Of a stretch of 64,000 nucleotides of DNA, positions 9,901 through 19,266 are shown piece by piece (within the stretch, counting starts at the first letter, position 1; each line of letters opens with the position of its first letter). Position numbers and translations under genes: made by a program. The notes under the pieces were generated by a model, which saw nothing but the letters and a program-made list of their open reading frames with translations, did not search any database and had not been told where the DNA came from. The DNA lies in the IMG/VR virus record IMGVR_UViG_3300010370_000025. One strand, given 5' to 3'. Origin of the DNA: a virus. Taxonomy: Duplodnaviria; Heunggongvirae; Uroviricota; Caudoviricetes.

Positions 9901-10783
9901 TTCAGTTGGTACTGCATTTACCGCAAACAGCACCGTAGTAAATGCAGTTGCTTATAATATTGGTACTACATATGTTGCTAATACATTAGGTTTGTACCAT
10001 TCAGGTACTGTAGGAATAGGAACTGCTCCTACTTCAGTTTTTGGGTTAAATATAAACAAAACTTATACTACAGATGCATCTACTTATGGGTCATATACTG
10101 GAACTTTAATTCAAAACACCACTTTAACAGCGGCTAGATCATACTTTGGGCGTGATGGAATTGTTCAAAATATATCTGAAAATAAAGATTCTTTAGGAAC
10201 ACCTTTAAATAGTTCTGTATTTGGAAGTAGATCAGTAGTTTATAATGGTAATAGTGCCTCAGGTGGTGATGCATTTTTATCAGCTGCTGAAGGTTATAGA
10301 GCTGATGTTAGAAATTATGCTAATGGCGCAACTTCTAATACTATAACAACAGCTAGAGGTGTTTATTCTTTAGTACGCACGTTTAGTACAGGTACAATAG
10401 GTACTGCTTATGGTGTAACATCACTAATACAGCCCGCTGCTGCAAACGCTACACTAACAGGCAACATAACTGCAGCATATGCATTTGATGGCCGCATAGG
10501 TTTAAATTCTGCTAACGCTTCTATAACTAACGGTTATTTGTATTATGGTAATTACCCAACTTCTGCTAACGTAACAAATAAGTGGGGTATAGTAATAACG
10601 GGTGAAGATCATAACACTGTTGATAGCGTTTTTGCAGCAGGCGCCGGCTTCCAACACAAACATACAACAAACAGAAACATAACTATTTACGCCGGCTATG
10701 CTGCTGGTTTTATACATATATTTACAATAGCTTCAGGCAATACAGTAACCGTTGCTTCCAACGCTTACATGAAAATACTTTAA
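6917..10783 (+). CDS. Giant tail-fiber-like protein (1288 aa) built from many tandem ~19-37 aa 'ANTTG(V/L)YHTG(T/A)(V/I)NA(A/T)S(H/F)TVG' repeats
   Basis: Translation shows more than 12 repeat units. Asn/Thr/Ser/Gly-rich composition fits a fiber. It follows the PAAR gene. Confidence 0.6.
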   Translation: MTLKIFTAGEVLTAEDLNEQFQLLVNNSHVNTLNSVPQYTFNGNIVVNSAIIANSAMGATNQVLASDGNKPYWVYVSALGSSINTAAQFNWSNDHTFSDYVTFSNLVTFGNTTVNTTINSSSISVTDVIVSGNLTVSGTTTSINTIAFNVSDPIVTLNADHTGAPTDNVGLEVNRGTSTNAYFYFDETNDKWQANDNLKVAGTFEAGNSSVTGFVNATVSVNSAILSVGTNLIANTTGLYHTGAINSTSVNAASHTVGSNFIANTTGAYHTGTMNAASFTTTGVTANVTGVYPTSNTSGQNLGTDTQRFDAFLDVVNLSGSLTSNAGANAILLTNATSNWIYYNTAGVAAPAATTRSAGTKIILYPNIGAASVDYAIGIEGSTLWQSVSTTSNQFKWYANVTNFMSANTTGLYHTGLINATTVNATTLSTTSFSANSTLVNAAALNITNQINTATLYATTSANIASVVQANTSGLFNTANTTLGSDSADRITFNAYAASSLIPAANATYDLGAPTTGYYKNVYSNAFIGTIGTFLGDVTVGGNLTITGSTVSLSGNTITFTDNMLYLNQGILATITGISSNGTHVIFTANNNYSAGWDVAVTGVTPASYNGTYLNIFAANSTTFTVANTNVDAYVSGGTARGKSDANPDLGFAAGYNDGTYHHAGFFRDASDGRWKVFDNYDPEPDTSIYIDTTNLSFHFADFEANSIYGGNTSVDWFVANTTGVYHTGTVNAASHTVGTSFTANSTVVNAVAYNISTTFIANTTGVYHTGIINAASFTVGASLVANSTGVYHTGTVNAASYTVGTAFVANTTGIYHTGTIAQSLIAGTLVLNGSTGSIVLDSSGHKRISWNDGAGNFNIRAGNFFNGTSLVYAADGATSGGAATIQLSSDAADGTVSLFTAPIGANGTAVTYSTSLVLNTTFTAIVANLSVTGNTTITGYVNATSSINASSFTVGTAFTANSTVVNAVAYNIGTTYVANTLGLYHTGTVNAASHSVGTAFTANSTVVNAVAYNIGTTYVANTLGLYHSGTVGIGTAPTSVFGLNINKTYTTDASTYGSYTGTLIQNTTLTAARSYFGRDGIVQNISENKDSLGTPLNSSVFGSRSVVYNGNSASGGDAFLSAAEGYRADVRNYANGATSNTITTARGVYSLVRTFSTGTIGTAYGVTSLIQPAAANATLTGNITAAYAFDGRIGLNSANASITNGYLYYGNYPTSANVTNKWGIVITGEDHNTVDSVFAAGAGFQHKHTTNRNITIYAGYAAGFIHIFTIASGNTVTVASNAYMKIL
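7600..10000. repeat. Degenerate tandem coding repeats inside the fiber gene
   Basis: Recurrent '..aatactactggtgtttaccacacaggt..' nucleotide units. Confidence 0.55.
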
Positions 10784-10793
10784 GAGGATTAAA

Positions 10794-11513
10794 ATGAGTA
10801 CATTAGTAGTTGACGCAATTACACCATTAACAGTAGGAGGTACCTCATCTTATATAGATCCTTCTTTTTTTGGTACTGGTTATAATAACATAACAATAGT
10901 TACTACTTCTAACGCATCATACGCGTGGCCTACCGGCGCAAAAAGAATTAGAGTTACTATTATAGGTGGAGGTGGAGGTGGAGGTGGTACAGCTACTGCT
11001 ACTGCAGGTTATACTGGAGCAGGTGGAGGTGGTGGTGGTGCAGGTATTCAAGATATAACTTATGCTCCTGGTTTAAATACACTTAATATTACAATAGGTG
11101 CTGCTGGAACAGCAGGTACTACTACTGGTGCTGGTGGTGCAGGAGGTACATCATCAGTAGTTTATAATACTATTACATATTCTGCAACTGGAGGAGCCGG
11201 AGGCGCTGCAGGGGCAGCTGCTGGATCAGCAGGTGGAGCAGGCGGAACAGGATCAGGGTGTAATGTTAACGTTGCAGGTGGACAGGGTCAACCTGGAGGA
11301 GTAGCTGCTGCAACTGCGTCTCGTTTACCTAGAGGAGGTAACACAGCTAGAGGTTTTGGTCAGGGAGGTGAAGTTGGTACAGCTACTGCTGGTGCTGCTG
11401 GTAACGCTGGTGATGGTTACGGAGCAGGTGGATCTGGAGGTATTAACGGAACTGGTACAACAGTGAGAGCTGGTGGCGCGGGACTTGCTGGCGCAGTTGT
11501 TATTGAATATTGA
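10794..11513 (+). CDS. Gly/Ala/Thr-rich low-complexity structural protein (poly-Gly runs; not collagen-periodic)
   Basis: Translation contains GGGGGGGG runs. Its GC is locally elevated relative to its neighbours. Confidence 0.4.
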   Translation: MSTLVVDAITPLTVGGTSSYIDPSFFGTGYNNITIVTTSNASYAWPTGAKRIRVTIIGGGGGGGGTATATAGYTGAGGGGGGAGIQDITYAPGLNTLNITIGAAGTAGTTTGAGGAGGTSSVVYNTITYSATGGAGGAAGAAAGSAGGAGGTGSGCNVNVAGGQGQPGGVAAATASRLPRGGNTARGFGQGGEVGTATAGAAGNAGDGYGAGGSGGINGTGTTVRAGGAGLAGAVVIEY

Positions 11514-11524
11514 GAGGTATAGTT

Positions 11525-11713
11525 ATGATAAACAATTATTTAATATTAGATGCATCTAATAACTACGTAAATATTATTGTTGCAGAAAATCAATTTAAAG
11601 CTTCTGAGGGGTACCCTAACACTTATATTGTTATAGAAGATACAGATTCTAGATATAATGATTATCTACAAGATCTAATAGCAAACGATTACTATAAAAC
11701 TCCACCTGCATAA
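11525..11713 (+). CDS. Small hypothetical protein
   Basis: ATG at 11525 preceded by GAGAGG. The track start at 11510 is TTG. Confidence 0.3.
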   Translation: MINNYLILDASNNYVNIIVAENQFKASEGYPNTYIVIEDTDSRYNDYLQDLIANDYYKTPPA

Positions 11714-11737
11714 ATACTATAAAACAGGATGTAACCA

Positions 11738-12721
11738 ATGGCAGTTCCAAGAACCAGAGCAGAATTTAAAGAATACTGCTTAAGAAAATTAGGTAAACCA
11801 GTAATCGAGATTAATGTTGATGACGATCAAGTAGAAGATCGCATCGATGAAGCATTAAAATATTATATGGATTATCACTTTGATGGTACTTCTAAAGTAT
11901 TTTATAAGCATGTTTTTACTGAAAGTAATTTACCAGGTAGTATTTCAGAAATCAACGTAGTTGATGGTGGCTCTGGGTATGCTAATTCAGATGTAGTAGT
12001 TATAACTAACGGTGCTGGAGATGTAGACGGCGCTGGTGCTACTGCTACAATTACTACTAATGCCAATGGAGTCATCACTTCAGCTACCATAACAAATAAC
12101 GGAACAAAATACAGAAAAGATCCTACTATCTCAATTACTTCTGCAACCGGTGTAGGTGCAGATCTTAGAGGCTATGTAGGAGGCTATGTTCGTTTACCTG
12201 ACAATATTATTGGTGCTATTAATATTTACGATATAGGCGATTATATTAATACAAATAATATCTTTAATATTAGATACCAAATAGCTTTAAACGACTTGTA
12301 TACTTTAGTATATCAATCTATGGTACCATATTACCAAGCATTCCAGCACATTCAATTATTAGAGCAACTTTTAGTTGGTAAGCAGCCTATTAGATACAAT
12401 AGACATACTAATAGATTATATGTTGATGTTAACTGGAATAAAATTGCAGTAGGTAACTATTTAATTGTAGAAGCTTATCAAGTCGTAGATCCATTAGAAT
12501 TTCCGGATGTGTGGTCTGACAGATGGCTTCAAACATATACTGCGCAGCTTATTAAACGACAATGGGGTATGAACCTTTCTAAATTCTCTGGTATTCAAAT
12601 GCCTGGCGGAGTTACGTTCAATGGTGATAAAATTTACGTTGATGCTCAACGTGAGATAGAAAAGTTAGAAGCTGAAATGATTAGGTCTTATAGTCTACCA
12701 GTTATGGATATGATAGGGTAA
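11738..12721 (+). CDS. gp13: Neck protein gp13-like
   Basis: Its position and size match the T4 gp13-gp14-gp15-gp16-gp17 block that follows. Confidence 0.6.
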   Translation: MAVPRTRAEFKEYCLRKLGKPVIEINVDDDQVEDRIDEALKYYMDYHFDGTSKVFYKHVFTESNLPGSISEINVVDGGSGYANSDVVVITNGAGDVDGAGATATITTNANGVITSATITNNGTKYRKDPTISITSATGVGADLRGYVGGYVRLPDNIIGAINIYDIGDYINTNNIFNIRYQIALNDLYTLVYQSMVPYYQAFQHIQLLEQLLVGKQPIRYNRHTNRLYVDVNWNKIAVGNYLIVEAYQVVDPLEFPDVWSDRWLQTYTAQLIKRQWGMNLSKFSGIQMPGGVTFNGDKIYVDAQREIEKLEAEMIRSYSLPVMDMIG

Positions 12722-13449
12722 TGGCAACCTCACAATACTTTAATAATATAGGTGCTAGTAATGAGCAAAATTTAATCGAAGATTTGATTGTAGAAGCAAT
12801 CAAAATCTACGGTATAGACATGTACTATATTCCTAGAACTACTATTAATAAAGATAATGTTTTTAGAGAAGGTGAAACATATTCATTTGGTACTGGTATT
12901 AGTATAGAAATGTATTTAAAGAGTGCTAATGATTTAATGGGTGAGGGTGAATTCTTATCTAAATTTGGTTTGGAAGTAAGAGATCAACTTCAATTTGTTA
13001 TTTCCCAGAGATCATTCGATCAAGAAATAACCTCTCTTACTAATAAAGCAAGACCTTTTGAAGGTGATTTAGTTTGGTTTCCATTAACTCAAGCTCTTTA
13101 TCAGATTAAATTTGTTAATAAGAAACCTGTATTTTATCAATTAGGTGCACTACAAGTTTATGAAATGACTGTAGAATTGTTTGAATATTCAAGTGAAATA
13201 TTTAATACAGGTATACCAACCATTGACAATCTTTATAATGCTTATAGCATGGTTACTAATGATTATATACTATTAGCTGAAAACGGTAATGAGCTTGCTA
13301 CAGAGAATGGTATATTCTTAACATTAGAAGAATTTAAAGCTTCAGAAGTTGATCAAGCAAATGCTGAAAATGAATATTTTGAAAGCGAAGCCGCTAATTT
13401 TGTAGACTTTACAGAAATAGATCCGTTCTCAGAAGGGCGTAGAACATAA
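12721..13449 (+). CDS. gp14: Neck protein gp14-like
   Basis: Synteny. ATGA overlap with gp13. Confidence 0.6.
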   Translation: MATSQYFNNIGASNEQNLIEDLIVEAIKIYGIDMYYIPRTTINKDNVFREGETYSFGTGISIEMYLKSANDLMGEGEFLSKFGLEVRDQLQFVISQRSFDQEITSLTNKARPFEGDLVWFPLTQALYQIKFVNKKPVFYQLGALQVYEMTVELFEYSSEIFNTGIPTIDNLYNAYSMVTNDYILLAENGNELATENGIFLTLEEFKASEVDQANAENEYFESEAANFVDFTEIDPFSEGRRT

Positions 13450-14288
13450 TGCTATCAGCTCCTTTTTATCATCAACTTTTTAGAAAATATATTATTATAT
13501 TTGGTACATTATTTAATAATATTAAAATAGATAGAACTTTACAAAATGGGTCTAAACAAACTATTTTAGTTCCAATAGCTTATGGTCCTAGAGATAAGTT
13601 TCTTGCTCGCGTGGATGATAACCCAACAGCTATCTCACAAGTTAGTACTATTCTACCTCGTATAGGATTTGAAATAGAAAATCTTAGATATGCTCCTGAC
13701 AGAAAATTAAATACAATAGGTAAAAAAGTATCTAAAAACAATTTAAATGGTAATAGTGTTTATAAAAGAGTTTATAATCCAGTACCTTATGATCTTAATT
13801 TTACTATGTCTATTTTAACTAAAACTAATGAAGATGCTACTAAAATTGTAGAGCAAATTCTTCCTTATTTTACTCCTGAATGGACAGTAACAGCAAAATT
13901 ACTAGAAGATTTTGATGATGTAACAGATATACCTTTAGTTTTAAATAGCGTAACTGCGCAAGATACCTATGATGCAGCATTTACTACTAGAAGAGCAATA
14001 ATATACACTCTTAAATTTACTATGAAATGCTATTTCTATGGTCCTGTTAATGAGGCGAAGCTTATTAAAATCTCTAAAGTTAATTTTTATACACCAGAAT
14101 ACAAAAAGCCATATACTGGTGATTATACTAATGAAGTCGCATCAAGAGTAACTATACAGCCAGGGTTAACCGCTAACGGTAATCCTACTACTGATATTAC
14201 TGAAACAGTTTCTTATACTCAAATTGATGAAGAAGATAATTGGGACTTTATAGTTACTATAGAGGACTTCCCTAATGCAAACACCTAA
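13449..14288 (+). CDS. gp15: Tail sheath stabilizer/tail completion gp15-like
   Basis: Synteny, with size similar to T4 gp15. Confidence 0.6.
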   Translation: MLSAPFYHQLFRKYIIIFGTLFNNIKIDRTLQNGSKQTILVPIAYGPRDKFLARVDDNPTAISQVSTILPRIGFEIENLRYAPDRKLNTIGKKVSKNNLNGNSVYKRVYNPVPYDLNFTMSILTKTNEDATKIVEQILPYFTPEWTVTAKLLEDFDDVTDIPLVLNSVTAQDTYDAAFTTRRAIIYTLKFTMKCYFYGPVNEAKLIKISKVNFYTPEYKKPYTGDYTNEVASRVTIQPGLTANGNPTTDITETVSYTQIDEEDNWDFIVTIEDFPNANT

Positions 14289-14688
14289 AAGAGAAGATCC
14301 GATTGCAGAATCTTTAGGATTAGAACCAATGAATAATGTATCTAAAATAGGTGATGTTTTACCTGCAATAAAAGCTGAAAAAAATAACGATTATGAATAT
14401 GCGCGTACTAATCTCTATAGTATAATAGAGAAAGGTCAGAATGCTTTGGATGATATTATTGATATTGCTAAACAATCAGAGTCTGCTAGAGCATTTGAAG
14501 TAGCAACTAATCTTATTAAAACTATGACAGAAGCAAATAAAGATTTATTAAATCTTGCTAAAGTTAAAAAGGAATTAGATAAAGATAACAATGTGCCAGA
14601 AAAACAAGTGACAAATAATAATTTATTTGTAGGTTCTTCAGCTGAACTACTTAAGATGATAAAAAATCCACAAAATGCAACAGAATGA
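14275..14688 (+). CDS. gp16: Terminase small subunit gp16-like
   Basis: A small protein immediately upstream of and overlapping the terminase large subunit. Confidence 0.5.
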   Translation: MQTPKREDPIAESLGLEPMNNVSKIGDVLPAIKAEKNNDYEYARTNLYSIIEKGQNALDDIIDIAKQSESARAFEVATNLIKTMTEANKDLLNLAKVKKELDKDNNVPEKQVTNNNLFVGSSAELLKMIKNPQNATE

Positions 14689-16300
14689 TACTGGTTACTT
14701 AGGTAATAAAAACCTTAAACGTAGAGATGTTACTTTACAATTTAATAAGGAACAAATTGAGGAATATATTAAATGTTCTCAAGATGTAAATTATTTTTGC
14801 TCAAAATATGTTAAAATTGTATCTGTAGATAAAGGACTGGTTCAATTTAGTCCTTATGAATATCAAAAGAATATGTTTAAATCTTTTGATAATAATAGAT
14901 ATACTATATGCAAAATGCCTAGACAGGTAGGTAAGACTACCGGGGTTGTAGGCTATATGTTACACAAAATATTATTTAATGAAAATTTTAATATTGCAGT
15001 ATTAGCTAACAAACAAGTTCAAGCTAGAGAAATTCTAGCTAGAATTCAACTAGCTTATGAATGGCTCCCTAAGTGGTTGCAGCAAGGTATTATTGAATGG
15101 AATAAAGGTAATATAGAGCTAGAAAACGGATCTAAAATCTTAGCTTCAGCTACATCATCTTCTGCAGTCCGTGGTCAATCATATAACCTGATATATCTTG
15201 ATGAGTTTGCGTTCGTTCCTAGAAATATTCAGGATATGTTCTTTGCTTCAGTTTTCCCAACTATTTCATCCGGTCAAACATCAAAGCTTATTATTACTTC
15301 TACACCTAATGGAATGAATCTTTTTTATAAAATTTGGACGGATTCAGTTAATGGAAATAATTCATATGCTAGAGTAGACGTTCATTGGTCTGATGTTCCA
15401 GGTAGAGATGAAGCCTGGAAAGAAGAGACAATAAGAAATACTTCTGTAGATCAATTTAGACAAGAATTTGAATGCGAATTTTTAGGTTCTGCTAATACGC
15501 TTATTCACCCCACATTCTTATCTAAATTAGTTTATAGAGCTCCAGAAGTTATAGAAAATGGAGTTAAAGTTTTTAAAAAACCTGTAAAAGATCATTATTA
15601 TGCTATTACAGTTGACGTTTCAGAAGGATTAGGTGGTGACTATTCTGCATTTACTGTTATAGATACCACTACAATTCCATATGAAGTAGTAGCTACATTT
15701 AAAAATAATGAAATAACAGAGTTATTGTATCCAACTTTATTAGCAAATGTAGGTAGATTCTACAATAATGCTGCTATTCTTATTGAAGTAAATATAGGTT
15801 CACAAGTAGTAAATATTTTACATGAAGATTTAGAGTATGAAAATATAGTTATAACAAAAGCTTCAGCTAAAAAAGGTACCCAGATTGGAGCTGGATTCCA
15901 AAGACAAAATAGAATGGGTATGAAAACTACTAAAATTACTAAAAGAATTGGTTGTTCTAATTTAAAAGCATTAATTGAAAATAATAAATTAGTATTTTTC
16001 GATTATGACATCATAGAAGAGCTATCTACTTTTATAGTAGATGGAACTTCGTATAATGCGGAAGAAGGCCATAATGATGATTTAGTGATGTGTCTTGTCT
16101 TATTTGCTTGGATGGCAAGTCAAAATTATTTTAAAGAATTAACAAGCACAGACGTACGTAGAAAAATATTAGAAGATAATGAACGATATTATGAAGAAGA
16201 ATTAACACCTTTTGCTATTATGTTAGATGATGGAGCTCAGCAAGATGTGGATGATGTTATTTCTGGAATAAGTGATTTTGACCGCTTTCTAAGATCTTAA
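14675..16300 (+). CDS. gp17: Terminase large subunit (gp17)
   Basis: ATPase motifs ('CKMPRQVGKTT', 'YLDEFAF') and a C-terminal nuclease region typical of T4 gp17. Confidence 0.9.
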   Translation: MQQNDTGYLGNKNLKRRDVTLQFNKEQIEEYIKCSQDVNYFCSKYVKIVSVDKGLVQFSPYEYQKNMFKSFDNNRYTICKMPRQVGKTTGVVGYMLHKILFNENFNIAVLANKQVQAREILARIQLAYEWLPKWLQQGIIEWNKGNIELENGSKILASATSSSAVRGQSYNLIYLDEFAFVPRNIQDMFFASVFPTISSGQTSKLIITSTPNGMNLFYKIWTDSVNGNNSYARVDVHWSDVPGRDEAWKEETIRNTSVDQFRQEFECEFLGSANTLIHPTFLSKLVYRAPEVIENGVKVFKKPVKDHYYAITVDVSEGLGGDYSAFTVIDTTTIPYEVVATFKNNEITELLYPTLLANVGRFYNNAAILIEVNIGSQVVNILHEDLEYENIVITKASAKKGTQIGAGFQRQNRMGMKTTKITKRIGCSNLKALIENNKLVFFDYDIIEELSTFIVDGTSYNAEEGHNDDLVMCLVLFAWMASQNYFKELTSTDVRRKILEDNERYYEEELTPFAIMLDDGAQQDVDDVISGISDFDRFLRS

Positions 16301-16311
16301 AACTAAGTTTT

Positions 16312-16319
16312 TATAAATA
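16312..16319 (+). promoter_or_regulatory. T4-type late promoter TATAAATA upstream of the tail sheath gene
   Basis: Exact octamer, followed by AAGGAGA and the ATG. Confidence 0.6.
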
Positions 16320-16361
16320 TACTTGTAAATTGAAGTATATTTATATTAAAGGAGATAAATT

Positions 16362-19247
16362 ATGGGATTTCAAATCAGTCCAGGAGTTAATATTTCAGAA
16401 ATTGATTTGACTACAGTTGTCCCAGCAGTTGCAACTACAGAAGGCGCAATTGCAGGTCTCTTCAACTGGGGTCCAATCAACAGAAGAGTACTTATTGACT
16501 CAGAGCAGTCACTCTACAAACTATTTGGTAAGCCAACTAATTATAATGCAGAAACATACTACACTGCTGCATCATTTTTAGCATACGGCAACCAGCTATA
16601 TGTAGTACGTGCAGGTAACACTGTTACTACAAATACAGCTATTCAAATTACTTCAGCTACTGCAAACACTGCTGCAATATCAGAAGATCCGGATACTTAT
16701 TCAGTAAAGAACGAAGACAATTATGACGAGTTAAGTGCTTCAGCATTTGACGCATCTATCGTTTATATTGCAAGATATCCTGGTACTTTTGGTAACTCGC
16801 TTAAAGTATCAGTTTGCGATTCAGCTAATGCTTATAATCAAAACGTTTTTGCCTTTGCTAATACAACACTAGGCGGAAGCGTAAAAATTGACCAAGCTAA
16901 CGTATCATTCGTTGTAGGATCAAATTCAGCTACACTATCTGCTAACTCAGATGCTGAAGCTAATTCATTCTACAATATGTTTACTATTGGCGACATCATT
17001 ACAGTAGGTAATACAGATCTTGGATTCCAAGAACTTAAGCTATCTACTCTAACTAAAGATCAAGAAACTATTACTAAGACTTTCAACGCTAGCTCAAGTG
17101 TAAACTCTGCTGGTTGGTTTGCAATTGCAAACTCAGGATTTGCTAACGGTCAAGCAGTTACTTACTTAGTAGCTGCAGGCAACACAAATCTTACTGAACT
17201 TTCAAATAATACTACCTACTATGTAAAGAGTGCTAATACTTCTGGTTTCTATCTTTCTACAACACCTCCGGGTGATACACATGCTATTATTACAATAACT
17301 CCAGGTTCATCAGAAACTGGACATTCATTTGATACACAGCAAAATATTGTAAGAGCATTTAACGCAAACACAGGTGTTCAGACAGTTAACTCATCATTCA
17401 ATGCTAGCTCTGCTGTAAACGCTACTGCAGACTTCATTACTATTGCATCTAACCCATTTGCAAATAATGACGTAGTGAGATATCTGGTAGCAGCAAGCAA
17501 TACAGCGCTAACTAACCTTGCTAATGATACAGTATACTATGTTGTAGGTGCTAATACTACAGGTATTCAGCTTTCTACTTCTAGAGGTGGTTCTGCAATT
17601 AACTTATCTGCTGGTTCATCAGAAACTGGTCACACATTTGTACTTGCTGACTTTATCTCAGTATCAAATAATCCATATTCAAACGGTGATTTGATTACTT
17701 ACTCAACAGATACAGGCAACACAGCAGTAACTGGTCTAACTGGTGATACAAACTATTATGTAGTAAAGGCAAACACATCAGGTGTTAAAATCTCATCTAC
17801 CTCAACAGGTTATGGAATCACATTAACTCCAGGTGCATCAGAAACTGGTCACTTTATTACTAAAAACGGTCCAGGGTCAGATGTTATTATGACATTTGAA
17901 AGACCATTCCAGTTAGCAACTAACGTAACAGTAACTAGCTCAAGCTCAGTTGTATCTCATAAGTTCGAAAGAAGCTGGGAATACTACAACCTCGTAGACA
18001 AAGCACCTGGACGTTCTACATTCGTAGACTCAAGAAACGCAAACACTGCAGTAAACGATGAAGTTCATATTATCGTAGCTGACGAAGACGGACTCTTCAC
18101 CGGTGTGCGTGGTCAAGTACTTGAAAAGTGGGAAGGTCTCTCTAGAGCTACTGATGCAGTTAAAGATGATGGTGCAACAAACTACTATAAAACTGTACTC
18201 AATCAGAGTTCAAATTGGATTTGGTGGGCTAACCATAGATCAGGTGCAAGTGCTGCAGCTGCAGTATCTCTAACTGGATCTACAAATACTAAGCCACTAT
18301 CACTTTCAATGGTTAATGGATCACAGGGCTCAATTACTGAAGGCTCTGTAAATATGGAAACCCTTACTACTGCATATGACTTGTTTAAGTCAGCTGAAGA
18401 CGTAGATATTTCTCTCGTACTTCAAGGTAAAGCAATGGGTGGGACTCATAAGACTCAGCTTGCAAACTATATTATTGATAATATCTGTGAATTTAGAAAA
18501 GATTGCGTGGTGTTTATCTCTCCAGATAAGGACGATGTGGTACAGGTTAGTGGATCTTTTGAAGTAGATAACGTATCTACATTCAAAAATGCAATCAACT
18601 CATCTTCTTATGCTGTAGTTGACTCTGGTTATAAGTATGCTTATGACAAGTATAACGATGTATATCGTTGGGTACCACTTAACGGTGATATCGCTGGTCT
18701 CTGTGTACGTACAGATAATCTAAGAGATCCTTGGTTCTCACCTGCAGGCTATAATCGTGGTCAAATTAAGAACGTTGTAAGACTTGCTTATAACCCACGT
18801 AAAGCTGATAGAGACGCTCTATACAAGATTGGTGTTAACCCAGTTATCACACAACCTGGTCAGGGTACAATCCTCTTCGGTGATAAGACTGCACTTAGCA
18901 AGCCTTCTGCATTCGATAGAATTAACGTACGTAGATTGTTCATTGTGCTTGAAAAAGCCATTGCAACTGCTGCTAAGTTTACTCTCTTCGAATTCAACGA
19001 TGAATTTACAAGAGCACAATTTAGAAATCTTGTAGAACCGTTCTTAAGAGACGTTCAGGGTCGCCGTGGTATCTATGACTTTAGAGTAGTCTGTGATGGT
19101 ACAAACAATACACCTGAGATTATCGATAGAAACGAATTCGTAGGTGATATTTACATTAAACCAGCTCGTTCAATTAACTTCATCCAGCTTAACTTCATCG
19201 CAGTTAGAACTGGTGTAGAGTTTAACGAAGTTGTTGGCAAGTTTTAA
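16362..19247 (+). CDS. gp18: Tail sheath protein (gp18) with an internal triple ~85-aa domain repeat
   Basis: N- and C-terminal regions are gp18-like ('GDKTALSKPSAFDRINVRRLF'). It lies between the terminase and tube genes. Confidence 0.85.
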   Translation: MGFQISPGVNISEIDLTTVVPAVATTEGAIAGLFNWGPINRRVLIDSEQSLYKLFGKPTNYNAETYYTAASFLAYGNQLYVVRAGNTVTTNTAIQITSATANTAAISEDPDTYSVKNEDNYDELSASAFDASIVYIARYPGTFGNSLKVSVCDSANAYNQNVFAFANTTLGGSVKIDQANVSFVVGSNSATLSANSDAEANSFYNMFTIGDIITVGNTDLGFQELKLSTLTKDQETITKTFNASSSVNSAGWFAIANSGFANGQAVTYLVAAGNTNLTELSNNTTYYVKSANTSGFYLSTTPPGDTHAIITITPGSSETGHSFDTQQNIVRAFNANTGVQTVNSSFNASSAVNATADFITIASNPFANNDVVRYLVAASNTALTNLANDTVYYVVGANTTGIQLSTSRGGSAINLSAGSSETGHTFVLADFISVSNNPYSNGDLITYSTDTGNTAVTGLTGDTNYYVVKANTSGVKISSTSTGYGITLTPGASETGHFITKNGPGSDVIMTFERPFQLATNVTVTSSSSVVSHKFERSWEYYNLVDKAPGRSTFVDSRNANTAVNDEVHIIVADEDGLFTGVRGQVLEKWEGLSRATDAVKDDGATNYYKTVLNQSSNWIWWANHRSGASAAAAVSLTGSTNTKPLSLSMVNGSQGSITEGSVNMETLTTAYDLFKSAEDVDISLVLQGKAMGGTHKTQLANYIIDNICEFRKDCVVFISPDKDDVVQVSGSFEVDNVSTFKNAINSSSYAVVDSGYKYAYDKYNDVYRWVPLNGDIAGLCVRTDNLRDPWFSPAGYNRGQIKNVVRLAYNPRKADRDALYKIGVNPVITQPGQGTILFGDKTALSKPSAFDRINVRRLFIVLEKAIATAAKFTLFEFNDEFTRAQFRNLVEPFLRDVQGRRGIYDFRVVCDGTNNTPEIIDRNEFVGDIYIKPARSINFIQLNFIAVRTGVEFNEVVGKF

Positions 19248-19266
19248 TTAAAGGGAGAGATAGAAA

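Noticed and set aside
10794-11513. Collagen-like protein
   Set aside because: The protein is Gly-rich but lacks the Gly-X-Y triplet periodicity. Poly-Gly runs occur instead, so it is called a low-complexity structural protein.
11709-11716. Near-match late promoter CATAAATA upstream of gp13
   Set aside because: One mismatch to TATAAATA. It is plausible but not counted among the exact matches.
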